A stretch of DNA of 64,000 bases, taken from positions 80,549 to 144,548 of the IMG/VR virus record IMGVR_UViG_3300014205_000181; one strand, given 5' to 3'. The first letter of the stretch is position 1; each line of letters opens with the position of its first letter. Origin of the DNA: a virus. Taxonomy: Duplodnaviria; Caudoviricetes. The notes under the pieces were generated by a model that was not told the origin of the DNA, made no database searches, and saw nothing but the letters and a program-made list of their open reading frames with translations. Positions 44,365 through 55,596 of the stretch are shown piece by piece. The position numbers and the translations under genes were made by a program.

Positions 44365-44970
44365 TTAATGGTGACTGAATTGTCTATAAGTAAAATATTT
44401 TTCCCAATTGAAATCATGTTCAATTTCACGCCCTAATTCTGTATCGTCTCCGAACTCACCTACCATGAAAAGTTTATATTCTTTAAATTCAGAAATAAAT
44501 TCATCTACTATTTTAACGAACCTAACTCTTACTTCTGGAAGGTCGAACCATTCTTTTTCTACCTTATATTTCGCACTATAATCGTCTTGTTTAATTTTTC
44601 TTTTCGTTATTTCATTATCGGCCCACTGTTTCATAGGAGTTGGCCTTGAAGAGTAAAAGAAACCATTCCCAGAACCATATTCTTCTGAATAATAAAAATT
44701 ACTAGCCAATTCTGATAAAACATTATCTTCATCGTATCCGCTGATTTCTTCCCATGGTTTATTTTCTGCTGATTCTTTTAATTTTTCTAAATCTAATGGG
44801 AATTCTTTTAGTCCCTCAAATATTCCACGCAAAACCGAAATACTTACAGAATCTTGTTTATCGCCAAACCAAACATCTGCCGCTTCTTCTGGAGTTTCAG
44901 GAATTTTGTTTACTCCGATGATAAAGCTTGAAGAACTTGAATTACTTACGAAAAAGTTTCTTGACTTCAT
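44365..44970 (-). CDS. SNSSSSS-motif protein 1
   Basis: MKSRNFFVSNSSSSSF N-terminus. Confidence 0.8.
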   Translation of the reverse strand: MKSRNFFVSNSSSSSFIIGVNKIPETPEEAADVWFGDKQDSVSISVLRGIFEGLKEFPLDLEKLKESAENKPWEEISGYDEDNVLSELASNFYYSEEYGSGNGFFYSSRPTPMKQWADNEITKRKIKQDDYSAKYKVEKEWFDLPEVRVRFVKIVDEFISEFKEYKLFMVGEFGDDTELGREIEHDFNWEKYFTYRQFSHH

Positions 44971-44985
44971 TTAAATCTCCTTTAA

Positions 44986-46014
44986 TTACACATCAAAATA
45001 TGGGCAAGACCTATTATTGCCTTGAATTTTATTTCGCTCAATACAAGTTGATTTCTTAAACCATAAATCCTCCAAGAAATTATTTACACCTGCCATGTCA
45101 ATCCCATCCGTTTCTTTATTTGAAAAAGAACAAGGATGAAATACACCATTTACATCGATATAAGAGCTAAAAGATGCACTTTCGCAAGGCTCAATAGACT
45201 GTTCAAAATGTTTCAAAATACCCCAATCTCTAAACATATCCATCAATTTATTTGCACCACAAGAATCACAGCCATATCTTATGTCATTGAATAAACAGTA
45301 CTTGACAATATGGCTAAATTTTTCAGTACTCAGTTTGTGGTAATTAGTCCCACGACCTTTCTGTTTTAGAGAAAGAAAAACAATCGCATTTAATTTCTCA
45401 AGTCTTGGATCACTCTTTATATCTCTGAGTGTTTCTAGCGTTTGTCTATAAGTTTCTTCGCTGATGAGCATATGCACATTTATTTGGGTCATACCTTTAT
45501 CAGTCAATCGTTTAACGGCATTGTAACAAATATTTTTATCCGCATAGCGAGAAACCGCAACTGCTCCACACAGAGAAGAAAGTTTATCTACAATATCGTC
45601 CGTCAATCTATCGCCGTTTATTGTGACATTAGGGATAATTGTATTTTCTCTACAGTATTCCATCATCTTCCATAATTCGTCTGAGACATCTACATCGCCA
45701 ATTCCAAATGCCGTTTGCGTAAGTAGGTGAATGTTGTTATATTTAGGAAATTTATCAATAATACTCTTGAAAGTATCAAATAACATGTGTTTTCCGTTAG
45801 ATGTATTGGACTTATAACAGTGCTGGCAGCCAAAACTACAAATGCTAGATGCCTCTAAATCGAGAATAAAAGGCCCATACGGAGAATATTCGGGATCGAT
45901 GCTTTTTTTCTCTCCCCATACTTTTGTATTTCCATTTTCCATATTAAAATCATAATTAACATCCGAACTTCTAAAAAACTTTTTATTTTTTTCTATAATA
46001 ATAGTCGGCTTCAT
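44986..46014 (-). CDS. radical SAM protein with SPASM/twitch-like C-terminus
   Basis: CSFGCQHC; CES...YIDVNG..HPCSF...CP. Confidence 0.9.
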   Translation of the reverse strand: MKPTIIIEKNKKFFRSSDVNYDFNMENGNTKVWGEKKSIDPEYSPYGPFILDLEASSICSFGCQHCYKSNTSNGKHMLFDTFKSIIDKFPKYNNIHLLTQTAFGIGDVDVSDELWKMMEYCRENTIIPNVTINGDRLTDDIVDKLSSLCGAVAVSRYADKNICYNAVKRLTDKGMTQINVHMLISEETYRQTLETLRDIKSDPRLEKLNAIVFLSLKQKGRGTNYHKLSTEKFSHIVKYCLFNDIRYGCDSCGANKLMDMFRDWGILKHFEQSIEPCESASFSSYIDVNGVFHPCSFSNKETDGIDMAGVNNFLEDLWFKKSTCIERNKIQGNNRSCPYFDV

Positions 46015-46792
46015 ATAAGCACCATCCCTTTGTATTTAAGGTTTTATTTTTATATCTTTCATGAATAATTTTAGGGTCAAACACTTTATTTACATATCTT
46101 TTTAGAGAGGTATAAGATAAACCATTTTCTTTACAAAACCTTTTCACTTCTCCCTTAACCTTTATTATATCTCCGCTTGGCGAAACAAATACCCATTCTT
46201 TCGCATTTGGGTTTTTGAAACCTTGGGTATTATTCCTACAAATCTCTTTTAGCCTTTTAGATTTCTCCTGTCCGTGCAATTCATCAAATTTTCTATGATC
46301 GCCATAACGAGGATTCCCACTACCCTTCAACCTATCCTTGCGCCTTTTCTTACCTTCTTCCGAATTATACCCAGAAGTAGGATCTTTACACCTCAATTTA
46401 TTTGCTTCTCCTATTTTTTTGATATATTGATTTGTTTCTATCGGAATCATCGTATATCCGGTTGGGACCATTCTTCTGTAAATTTGTTAATGGTCCTTTT
46501 TTATCTTTTAGCGTCCCAATTTCATTAATTAGTTTAGCCTCTATCTCATATGCTCTATATTCACTTAAATTTGTTTTTAACTTAACTATCTTGGGAGTAA
46601 GGCCGTCATTAAGGATAGATCTGATTTTATTGTCTTTTATAAAATTTTTATTTTGTTTTAAATTTGATTCATGAAGATGTTTTTATACCTGTAACCCTTA
46701 CCTTTCCCAACATAAAAAATTTCTGGAGGATCTTTTCTAGGATCTAAATAAGCGTAAACATAAGACTCTCCCATATCGCTAGGAATAATCAT
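45983..46792 (-). pseudogene. GIY-YIG homing endonuclease with two compensating homopolymer frameshifts
   Basis: YVYAYLDPR..FYVGKG, then (shifted frame) HL...AYEIEAKLI..IG....GPLTN, then G.GNP.YG and NUMOD-like tail. Confidence 0.75.
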
Positions 46793-46814
46793 CGTATTGT
46801 TACCATAATAAAAT

Positions 46815-46931
46815 CTAAAAATCATTTTTATCTTTTCCCCATCTATCAAATTTTCCCGTAACCATATTAAAATCGTAATTGTAATCTTCTGACCTGAATT
46901 GTTTTACATTTCTATTAATTTCAAGTTTCAT
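46815..46931 (-). pseudogene. orphan N-terminus of a radical SAM allele
   Basis: MKLEINRNVKQFRSEDYNYDFNMVTGKFDRWGKDKNDF* aligns with the rSAM start (KKFFRSSDVNYDFNMENGNTKVWG). Confidence 0.8.
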
Positions 46932-47020
46932 TTTGTTCTCCATAGTAAATTGTATAATTAATTTAACCCCCGTATTCAACACCCACAACTTACTAAACTA
47001 CACCCAATAAGTCAAGATAA

Positions 47021-48145
47021 TTATCCCTCAAATAATCCCTGATCGTTACACCATTTCGCAAAATTATCCAAGCTATAATCACTGCACAAATTTCCTGGGC
47101 AAATTTTCGAAACTTCTTCATTTTTACTCTTAAAGATAAATTCAAGGAAATATTGTGCTCTTTTCCCCTTTGACGCCATTGTACCGCTATACAACTCACC
47201 AGCGCACCACGAAGAAAATTTCTTTTTATTTTCTTTATAAAAAGCGTTTAACTTCTTCGTAGCAATCCTGAATTTATTCTCTTCAACAGTATCGAATTTA
47301 ATTTTTTGAATATCCTCAATACCGTTTATCTTTTCTTTTTTGGTTATGCGCAAATATTCTTTCTTCAACTGAATGGTAACTTCTGGATCTTCATCATCCA
47401 TCAAATACCCAGACACTTTAGCTAAATCTGGCTTCTTATCCAAATACTCTAAAAAGTATGATCGTTCTTCTGAACCATAAGAGTTATGTAGAAAACTAGG
47501 CAATCCCGTTTTTTGCAGCGCCTTCTTATACCCATTGAGTGGCATATAATTATAATTAAGAGCAGCTAAAGCGAAATTGTCAATACTTGTTTTTATTTCT
47601 TCTACAGTAAAAACTCTATCTGCATATTCACCAAATTTTCCATTTTTATCAAAGAAAGAAGCACTCAATAATTTCTTCAACATTTTTACTGCTTCTTTGT
47701 AGGTATTCGTATTTGGAAATTTATGGTGAACAATTTTTTTTGAATTCCAGTATTCAATCAATTCCAGTATATGGGCTGGTACTTTTGGCAATGGTTTAGG
47801 TGCTGGAGGTTTTTGTTTTAATGTTCTTTGAATTTGTTTTGGAATTGTAGGGATTGATTCAACTGGTTTGTGTTTTGGAGTTCCTTTAGGTGTGCGTTGT
47901 GGAATTCCTTTGGGAGTTCGTGTTGGCTTAATTTTAACTTGTTCTTCTAAATATTTGTTATACGAATTATCGTTAACAATAGAAAGACATTTTAAATCAT
48001 AATTGTCCCCGTCAATCCTATAACCTAAAGACAAACACCAGTTGGGGGTATTTGGTAGCTTAGATTTCAGAATTTTTACACTTCCAATTGGCAGTTCGCC
48101 TTGATCAAAATTGATTAGAATTGGAACTTCAATAAATTCGCTCAT
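47021..48145 (-). CDS. hypothetical protein with Pro/Lys-rich linker
   Basis: 374 aa ORF; RTPKG repeats. Confidence 0.6.
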   Translation of the reverse strand: MSEFIEVPILINFDQGELPIGSVKILKSKLPNTPNWCLSLGYRIDGDNYDLKCLSIVNDNSYNKYLEEQVKIKPTRTPKGIPQRTPKGTPKHKPVESIPTIPKQIQRTLKQKPPAPKPLPKVPAHILELIEYWNSKKIVHHKFPNTNTYKEAVKMLKKLLSASFFDKNGKFGEYADRVFTVEEIKTSIDNFALAALNYNYMPLNGYKKALQKTGLPSFLHNSYGSEERSYFLEYLDKKPDLAKVSGYLMDDEDPEVTIQLKKEYLRITKKEKINGIEDIQKIKFDTVEENKFRIATKKLNAFYKENKKKFSSWCAGELYSGTMASKGKRAQYFLEFIFKSKNEEVSKICPGNLCSDYSLDNFAKWCNDQGLFEG

Positions 48146-48906
48146 TCAGATTCCCCAATCCCATGATGTTTCTTGTGACATTTAGTACATAAACAAATCA
48201 GTTCTTTTAGGTTATCTAACTCGTACCCTAAAATTTTATAATTACTATGGTGAGCGTTTAAGTCAAAACCTTTATGGTTACATAATTGGCACTTAAAATC
48301 AGCCCTTTTCTTAACTTCTGTACTGATAATCTGCCAATATGGAGTTTTTACATAATATTTATAAGCAAGATCTTTAGCTTCGTCAACAACCCATTCCCAA
48401 TCAATTTTTCTCTTCATCTCTCGCAACAAAGAAAGTCTTTCGAAGTGTTTTACGCCGTTGTCTAATTTTATTCTTGGATTTAAATAATTAAAAATAAACT
48501 CATAAGTCTCTTCTTTTATCCTCTCTTTATCTTCTTCTATCCTCTCTTTCTCCGCTTTTTCTTTTTCCTCTTTATTTTTTTCAATAATATCCCAGCACGA
48601 TTGACATATACCTGAACCAATCGTTTGTTTAAACGCCTCTTGAGGTTTCTTATTTCCCCTAATTGCGTTTATAAATTTAAGAATACTTATATTATCTTTA
48701 AATATATGGACTTCTTTATTGCATCTGAAACACCTATGGGCTACTTGAAAAAGGGAAGATTTTCTATTATCGAAAAGTAATTTGACCTTATCTTTGTGAA
48801 ATTTTGCCATACTTACTAAGTCATTTAAATCAATTTGTTCATTATTATTAATTATCGGCGATTGATTTAAAAAGGCAAACACTAAATTTTTTGTTTCTTC
48901 TTCCAC
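48142..48906 (-). CDS. HNH-domain protein
   Basis: YW......KKRADFKCQLC...AHH..Y.......LICLC.KCH. Confidence 0.75.
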   Translation of the reverse strand: MEEETKNLVFAFLNQSPIINNNEQIDLNDLVSMAKFHKDKVKLLFDNRKSSLFQVAHRCFRCNKEVHIFKDNISILKFINAIRGNKKPQEAFKQTIGSGICQSCWDIIEKNKEEKEKAEKERIEEDKERIKEETYEFIFNYLNPRIKLDNGVKHFERLSLLREMKRKIDWEWVVDEAKDLAYKYYVKTPYWQIISTEVKKRADFKCQLCNHKGFDLNAHHSNYKILGYELDNLKELICLCTKCHKKHHGIGESE

Positions 48907-50641
48907 CTATTCGCCCCTTTCATACCTAAACTTTATATTATTTTGCCCAAGGGTAATAATCAATTCAGCCACTGACATTTCTTTCAATCTCTCCCAACTA
49001 AAGTACTGGACTGCTCCTCCAGCTATTTGTATTTCCGATAAAAGATTAGAAAGACAAGTTAGTGTTCTCTCTGGATCAATAATTTGTAATTGTTTCATTT
49101 ATTCACCTTTTGAACCACATAATCCCGAAACCTTGACAGATCCGACATTCTTTGACTCCATTTACAGTATGACATTTTGAGCATCTTCCTATCCACAACC
49201 AAAATTCAGCCATCAAATTACGATATTTAAATCTCCAATAACCCAAGTCCAGCCTCCTCCACTATTGGTTGTGGCTTTTCTTTAGCTAAGTTCAATTTAT
49301 TTTCTCTCATTTTAATTAAATTATTTATTTATACTCGCCTTTGCTTCCCGCTCCACAATCCTTAATTCATTTCTTTTAAATTCCAATTCCTTCTCTTCAC
49401 AATCGGCAAGATACTTTTCAAGGTTAATTTTTGCTTCATCCCATTCACCAACTCTCAAATCCAACCCAAGCAAATCATATTTTACTTGATACCATGTATG
49501 AGAATATTTGCAGAATAAATCTAACGGAGCTTGTTGACATTCTCTCTTCATCTTATAAGGGATTAGATATAATTGCCATTGAGTCTGGTAGAATGTAACT
49601 GGTTTGAGATTATTCATTATTGTCCCCTTATTCACCAATTATAATTTCCATCATTTTACCCCCACAAATCCAAATTTATCTTTACCAATTTCCTTCCACA
49701 TAATCATTTCTTGATCTCTAATCTTAATTTTCCAGAAACATACGGTTTGTTCCCTGACTTTCTTACCAATAAATGATTCGTCAATCCTAATTGTTTGACA
49801 ATCAATCAACTTAGGCACATTAAAATAATATTCATCTGGTTCGGTATATTCTTGAGCTTCACATTTAGAAGCAAGGTACAGAAAAAAGAATAAGGAACTA
49901 AACCATAGCACAGCGCACAATGTCAAGTATTTTGTTCTCTGTTTCATAATTACTCCCTTATTTCCCTTGCAGCCCTGAACGCCATTTCTATTTTATCATA
50001 GCCAAAATTATATCCCATTTTACCAAACCAATCGCTTGGCTCGTATTTATATTTTATTTTCTTATTCAAAATAAAATCAAGATTATCTCTAACCGTATTG
50101 GAATCATGACACGCCTTGAACATAAGACATGCCGCATACGGATGATATTCTGTTGGAGTAGTTAGCATTCCACATTCTTTACATGGCGTTAAATCTTTAA
50201 TTCTTCTTTGTTTCATTTTAATGATTCCAGAATAATTTAAGCATTTTTCTTTCTTTGTCAAAAGATGACCTGATTCTATTCATTTCTTCACCCATCCAGC
50301 ATACACAAGCCATCAATTGCTCTTTATTTAATTCTTCGATACTGATACCGTACATGGTTGTGGTATTGAATTTATTTTTATATTCAATAATCAGTTCTTT
50401 AAATACTTCTTCTGTGTGGTTATCCATAAATTCTTGCCCTTGCCAATAGTTTTGCTATTTCTAGTTTAAAACAAAAACTATATTTACCAAACGTTACGGT
50501 TTCTATAACCCCATCTAAAATTCCAGCAGGACCACAAACAAAACGCAATAAATAACATTTTATGTTTGGTTCTTTAGTTTTCATTACTTGTAATTTCATA
50601 TCGCCCTCTAAAATCAATTTTAAGACGTTTCCATTCCTTAC

Positions 50642-50688
50642 CATGGCACCCTACACGGGACTATTTAAAAACAGTGTAGGGTGCCATG
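50642..50688. repeat. 15-bp perfect inverted repeat
   Basis: CATGGCACCCTACAC-N17-GTGTAGGGTGCCATG. Confidence 0.85.
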
Positions 50689-51283
50689 CAATCGCAAATT
50701 TGGCTATTCCTCGATATCACTCTTGCTTCTGACTCCCTCAACAACCCCTAAACAAAAGAAAACTAAAAACCATCCCCACATCAACGGGCCACCAATTACA
50801 AACGCTATAATTTTTTCATCTTTATGTCTAGCACTTGGAATTAATAAACAAGCAACAAAGAAACAAACCAATGAAACACCAACCCATTCAAGCTCCATTC
50901 CCCTCTCCCCTACATAGCATTTATTAGGCTCTATAAAACAGGAATTGTCTCTCCGTCTTGTTGGCCAAAGAAAACAACCATTGCTGGAGTTTCTTCACCA
51001 TCCCAGACAAAATCTTTACGAACACATAATCTTGAACCAATCTGACTTTCAGCAATGCGCTCACATTCTGAAATAGCCTCGTTTCGGTGATCAAAGCCTA
51101 TTGTGTGATGGCCTACTGATTTTGAACGAACTAGTTTATCTCCTGGTGAATAACTCGGTTGGGGAGCTTCCCGAAACAATATGGGATGAAATCTGTCCGT
51201 TTTTAAGTTATGTAGGTTTGCAACTACTGGGTTTATAAGCATTTATACTCCTCAAAAAATAAAATCACCACTTGAATAAATAA

Positions 51284-51328
51284 AAAGCCGTTACTATCTT
51301 TTAATCAATATTAGATAGTAACGGCTTT
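51284..51328 (-). terminator. Rho-independent terminator
   Basis: 16-bp stem AAAGCCGTTACTATCT/AGATAGTAACGGCTTT followed by a T-tract on the minus strand. Confidence 0.8.
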
Positions 51329-51799
51329 AGGAGCTAGTTTATTTCGTTATGCAGCCTTCGCATGTGTCTTTCCTAACTTCTTGGCTTTCATGGGCTTAAT
51401 CTTACTGATACTGTTAGAAATATCAGCGAAGAACCCATTCTTACTTACCTGAGATACTACCCTTTTCTCAATAGCTGCCTTGATCGGGGTTTCAAAGACC
51501 AATTCCTTCATGGAATCAAATGAAACGTGCTGGCCCTTGTTGTTTTCCAGATCATAAGCCCTTTTGCCCTTACCGACTAAACGACTTGATGCTGTATACG
51601 GGATTTTGAGAAATTCAAAAACCTGATTCAGCCTTCCGGTAGTCAACCGGAAATTCTTGGAAACCCTCTCTTCTTGAATCTGATGAATGGTTTTTTCAAC
51701 TACGGTTAGATTTGCCATGATTTTCCTCCTACCTGTTTCGGTTTAATTTTAACTACTCGTTTTAATTGCTAGCTCCTGTTTTAAACTTCTCTTGACTAA

Positions 51800-51828
51800 A
51801 GGATACTAAATGTTAGTTCTTTTGTCAA
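51800..51828 (-). promoter_or_regulatory. sigma70-type promoter
   Basis: TTGACA-N17-TATCCT. Confidence 0.55.
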
Positions 51829-52938
51829 GGATTATTTTGTTTCTCTAATTTTCCGAGCTTTTCGTACTCTGTTCTAAGATTACATAATTCCTCTTCAAGG
51901 TAATCTATAATCTCCTCCATTAGACTCATTTTACAGATGATACAAAGACATGGCTTCGATGACAGAGGTGTCCCTCTGTCATCCTTATAAAGTATTTTAA
52001 CTTCATTATTTCCGCACTCTAGGCATTCCATTATTTCACCTATTTCTTAATCGTAGAGTCAATCAGAAAATAGCGTATACTGCTACTCTCTATTATTCCA
52101 GTTTCTAGGCTTTTATATTTAATGTATCCATTTTTAATATCAAGAACTTCATTTTCAACTGGACATGGATTCTTAAATGGGTCATCTACACACGAATCAT
52201 AAATCCACACTTGCCCTGCCGTAATTTTTTGTGTAGTAGATGACACTGCTATATAAACAACTACGATACTCGTGATGATAATTCCTGAAAACAAAAATAT
52301 GCCCAGAAATACTTCAGAATACCGATTAATCTTTGCCATAATCATTCCTATTCCTATTAAAATGAGCAAGGCATCAGGTAAGTGTGATCCTGACCGCCTT
52401 GGATTATCTGGGTTCCCCTGTACTTGTCGGCCAACCTTTTCAGATAATTGGATGCACGGCATTTCTGCGCCCGTGCTCAAAACCAAGCTACCCTTTCTTA
52501 GAGAAAGACAACCGAATAGAATAAGGCTTTGCCTTCAATGGACGAAGAGTCTTAACTAATTCAGCACCTAAAATTTCCGCTGCATCTTTTACGGACACTT
52601 TTACAGTATCAAAAAAACGATCCGCTTTACCGATTTTATCCATTTCCTTAAATACTTTTTCTGGATCAGCGTCTTCTCTGGATTCACAGCTTACAAATTT
52701 AAGATAAGAATTAAGGCCCGGAATGGTTTCGGTTGCCCCGGCTTGCAATTCTGTTACGGAATGTCCGGTTTCAATGTATTTATTAATCTGCTCCTTTAAG
52801 GGCTTAAGTTTCTTTTCCGCTTCCTTGATAGTTGAATCAAGAACTTCGGCTTCGTCAATTAAAGATTGAATATTTATGGCGTCTGCTTTCTTTCGTGTGA
52901 TTTTCATTTTGGTCTCCTTTTAAATTCCTCTTAAATAT

Positions 52939-52967
52939 ATCTTACGAACTTAATCCCAAATTGTCAA
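52939..52967 (-). promoter_or_regulatory. sigma70-type promoter
   Basis: TTGACA-N17-TAAGAT. Confidence 0.6.
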
Positions 52968-53180
52968 GGTAATTTATTCCTTACAACATTCTTTAACTTG
53001 AACAGGGGTTGTGCATCCCTTACAACAGACTCGATACCCATTATATTCCCCAAGAGGCTTCTTGTGCAAAGTACAATAAGAGAACCCGGCGTATTGGCAT
53101 AAGTTTTTGTAGTTCTCTTCATCCCAAACGTGATTCTTATCTCCTGTGAATTCACAAAATCTGATTTTCTTTTTCATTTG

Positions 53181-54770
53181 TTACTCCAACAAAAAATTCA
53201 TTTTATTTTCAGGTAGAAGAGGAGCACCAACATACTTACTATAAATTTCCTCCCCTTCAAATGAATCAACAATACCTTTTTCTTCTTTATTCAAATCTTT
53301 ATAATTCTTCTGCCCATATGATCCCGGCAACCAGTTTTTACCAGCGCAAGCGGCCCTATTAAAACGAGCCAATAAATCCAAATCTTTAAAAGTCAAATGC
53401 AGAGTCCCTTTCTTATGGGCTGTGATTTTGAAATATTTATTTTCAGCCTTATTTTCTCCTAAATGGAGTGACTTTTCAAGAGTTTCCGCAATTCCTTCGC
53501 TAATGTCCATCCCATTGAAGTAAGACATTACAACATCAATATCCCTCAATGCTTCTCTTGCTTTATAGTCTAGCTTCCATTTGCCCCAATCTTGGAATGG
53601 GCCACCATACGAGCCATAAACCGGAAAGACAATCCTATGATTTACACGGAAGCAATCGTTCGTTTTCCATCCATTAAAGTAATGTACATTTTTAATATGT
53701 TCCGATTCGCTCCAATGGTGCTTCCTTGTAAAGGTATCGAAAACTTCAAGAATGGCTTGTGTTATAATATCGTTATGATTGCCGATTAAATTCAAAACAA
53801 ATTGCCTTATATTGTCTTCTGTAAAATCCATTACCGTTCTTGTTTCAATTTCTTTTTCAAATTCAGACCTGCTCTTACCAGTCATTCTTTGTTTTACTTC
53901 TTTTAGTTCAAATGTCCTTCTCCAGAAATTTTTTCTAATTTTAGCAGTTACTTCATTAATTCTATCTTTAACCATTTCAGTTAAATTCTTAGAGGCGTTG
54001 TATCTAAGTCTAGTATCTTCATCGTTACATGACAAAAATACGTAATTTCCTACTTTGTTATAATTCCTGAAATAATTTATAATAGTATTAATACACAAAT
54101 CAATGACTTGATTGTATTCATCTACAAGTTCCTGTACGCAAAGCCCCTTTGAAACTTCATAATTTGTTTCTGGATCGAACTCAATTTCTTTTACTGTATC
54201 AACACAACCACCGAATAAATCACTTTCAATGTCTCTCTTAATAGTAAGAGAAATTAAGGCGACTTCTACATTAGTCTTTCTCTCAGCATCAATAAATGCA
54301 TCTTTAATGTACTCAATTTCCGCATTTAATTCTTCTAATTTTTGAACCAGCAATTTTCTTGTGCTAGAGAAAGGATTTTTGATACTTTCTGCATTGATTA
54401 AACAAATAATACTCCCAGAATAAAGTATCTCAATCGCTTTTAACAAATGCCTATCTCCTTCGCCAAAGGGGAAATTAGCGAAGATCAGATCAAATTTATC
54501 CGGCCCTGAGAAAGAGAGGAAATCAGAATCTATTACTTTAATTCCTTTCCCTCTAAGAATGTGTTGTAGATTTTCATCTTTCTCAATCGCGGAAATATCA
54601 ATTCTCCGATTTTTGAATCTATCATTTAGTCTTTCTACAAGATCCCCCTTCCCGGCAGAAGGCTCAAGAATACTTTTAATATTTTTAGCTATATCTGGAG
54701 TGATTTTTGAGAGCATCTTAGAAATAAGATGCGGAGGGGTAGGGTAAAAATCTGGATTACTTGTGAACAT
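53181..54770 (-). CDS. DNA methyltransferase with DUF4942-like C-terminus
   Basis: DFYPTP, LEPSAGKG, DFL, ANFPF; FD.FT...WKTN...K.GT.H..F. Confidence 0.8.
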   Translation of the reverse strand: MFTSNPDFYPTPPHLISKMLSKITPDIAKNIKSILEPSAGKGDLVERLNDRFKNRRIDISAIEKDENLQHILRGKGIKVIDSDFLSFSGPDKFDLIFANFPFGEGDRHLLKAIEILYSGSIICLINAESIKNPFSSTRKLLVQKLEELNAEIEYIKDAFIDAERKTNVEVALISLTIKRDIESDLFGGCVDTVKEIEFDPETNYEVSKGLCVQELVDEYNQVIDLCINTIINYFRNYNKVGNYVFLSCNDEDTRLRYNASKNLTEMVKDRINEVTAKIRKNFWRRTFELKEVKQRMTGKSRSEFEKEIETRTVMDFTEDNIRQFVLNLIGNHNDIITQAILEVFDTFTRKHHWSESEHIKNVHYFNGWKTNDCFRVNHRIVFPVYGSYGGPFQDWGKWKLDYKAREALRDIDVVMSYFNGMDISEGIAETLEKSLHLGENKAENKYFKITAHKKGTLHLTFKDLDLLARFNRAACAGKNWLPGSYGQKNYKDLNKEEKGIVDSFEGEEIYSKYVGAPLLPENKMNFLLE

Positions 54771-55116
54771 TTTTCAATTCCTTTATTCTCATATCCGTCC
54801 AATAGCAAACATTTTCTCCAAAACACCCTTGCCAATACGCTTTATGTTTCGCCCATGCTAATCGCAAAGACCAACAGGAAGTATCTCTACTTGAACTAAA
54901 TCGTTTCCGGTAATCGTATTTCATTTGGACTCCTTTGTATGTCCACAAAATGAACATTCCCACCAATTGGTATAATACCCGTCAACGGAATCGGATTGTT
55001 CAAAATCCATCTTTCTAAAATGACATATAGGAGAACTTTCATGGATTTTATTAGCCATTTCTATATTTACTTGATTCATTCCGTCCATAATTTTGAACAT
55101 TTCATTGTCGTTCATT

Positions 55117-55596
55117 TTATTTCTCCCAACTAACTGTATCTTGCCATCCTTGGGTATCTTCTTTAGATAAATTGGAGATATATGTGTTTATTCCAGCTTT
55201 AATAAGATTATTTTCTAATTCTTTATTAGATAGTTTTGAGAAATGATTATCAATTCGTTCTATAAGTAATAATTCTTCTATTAATTCCCGGCAATCTGGA
55301 CAACGCCTACATAATTCTTTTATACTCTCAAACCCATTTACTGTCGCAAATCTATGGTCTAAAGGTAGATAACTCAAATCAGGCAATTCGTAAGGACTGT
55401 TATGGTTCTTGAGTGTAGTGGCTAATTCATCATGCCTTGTTTCCATAGATTCAGGCTCAATTTGAACAACAGGGCTTATTCTACCCGCGATTGAATGGTG
55501 TTTTAAGAAGTTGTGCCTATGCTTGTGAATTTCGCCGTGTTCCCCAACCCTGTGTTTCTGGCACATAAATTCCGGTGGTATCATCCACATTCTCAT
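55117..55596 (-). CDS. pyrimidine-dimer DNA glycosylase (DenV)-like protein
   Basis: MRMW..PP..MC.KH..GEH.EIH, RHDEL. Confidence 0.65.
   Translation of the reverse strand: MRMWMIPPEFMCQKHRVGEHGEIHKHRHNFLKHHSIAGRISPVVQIEPESMETRHDELATTLKNHNSPYELPDLSYLPLDHRFATVNGFESIKELCRRCPDCRELIEELLLIERIDNHFSKLSNKELENNLIKAGINTYISNLSKEDTQGWQDTVSWEK

Noticed and set aside
46015-46931. Group I intron splitting the radical SAM gene
   Set aside because: The downstream gene has its own complete N-terminus and there is no non-coding space for an intron core.
46970-47010. GGGTGTAGTTTAGT resembling a tRNA 5' end
   Set aside because: No T-arm or matching acceptor strand.
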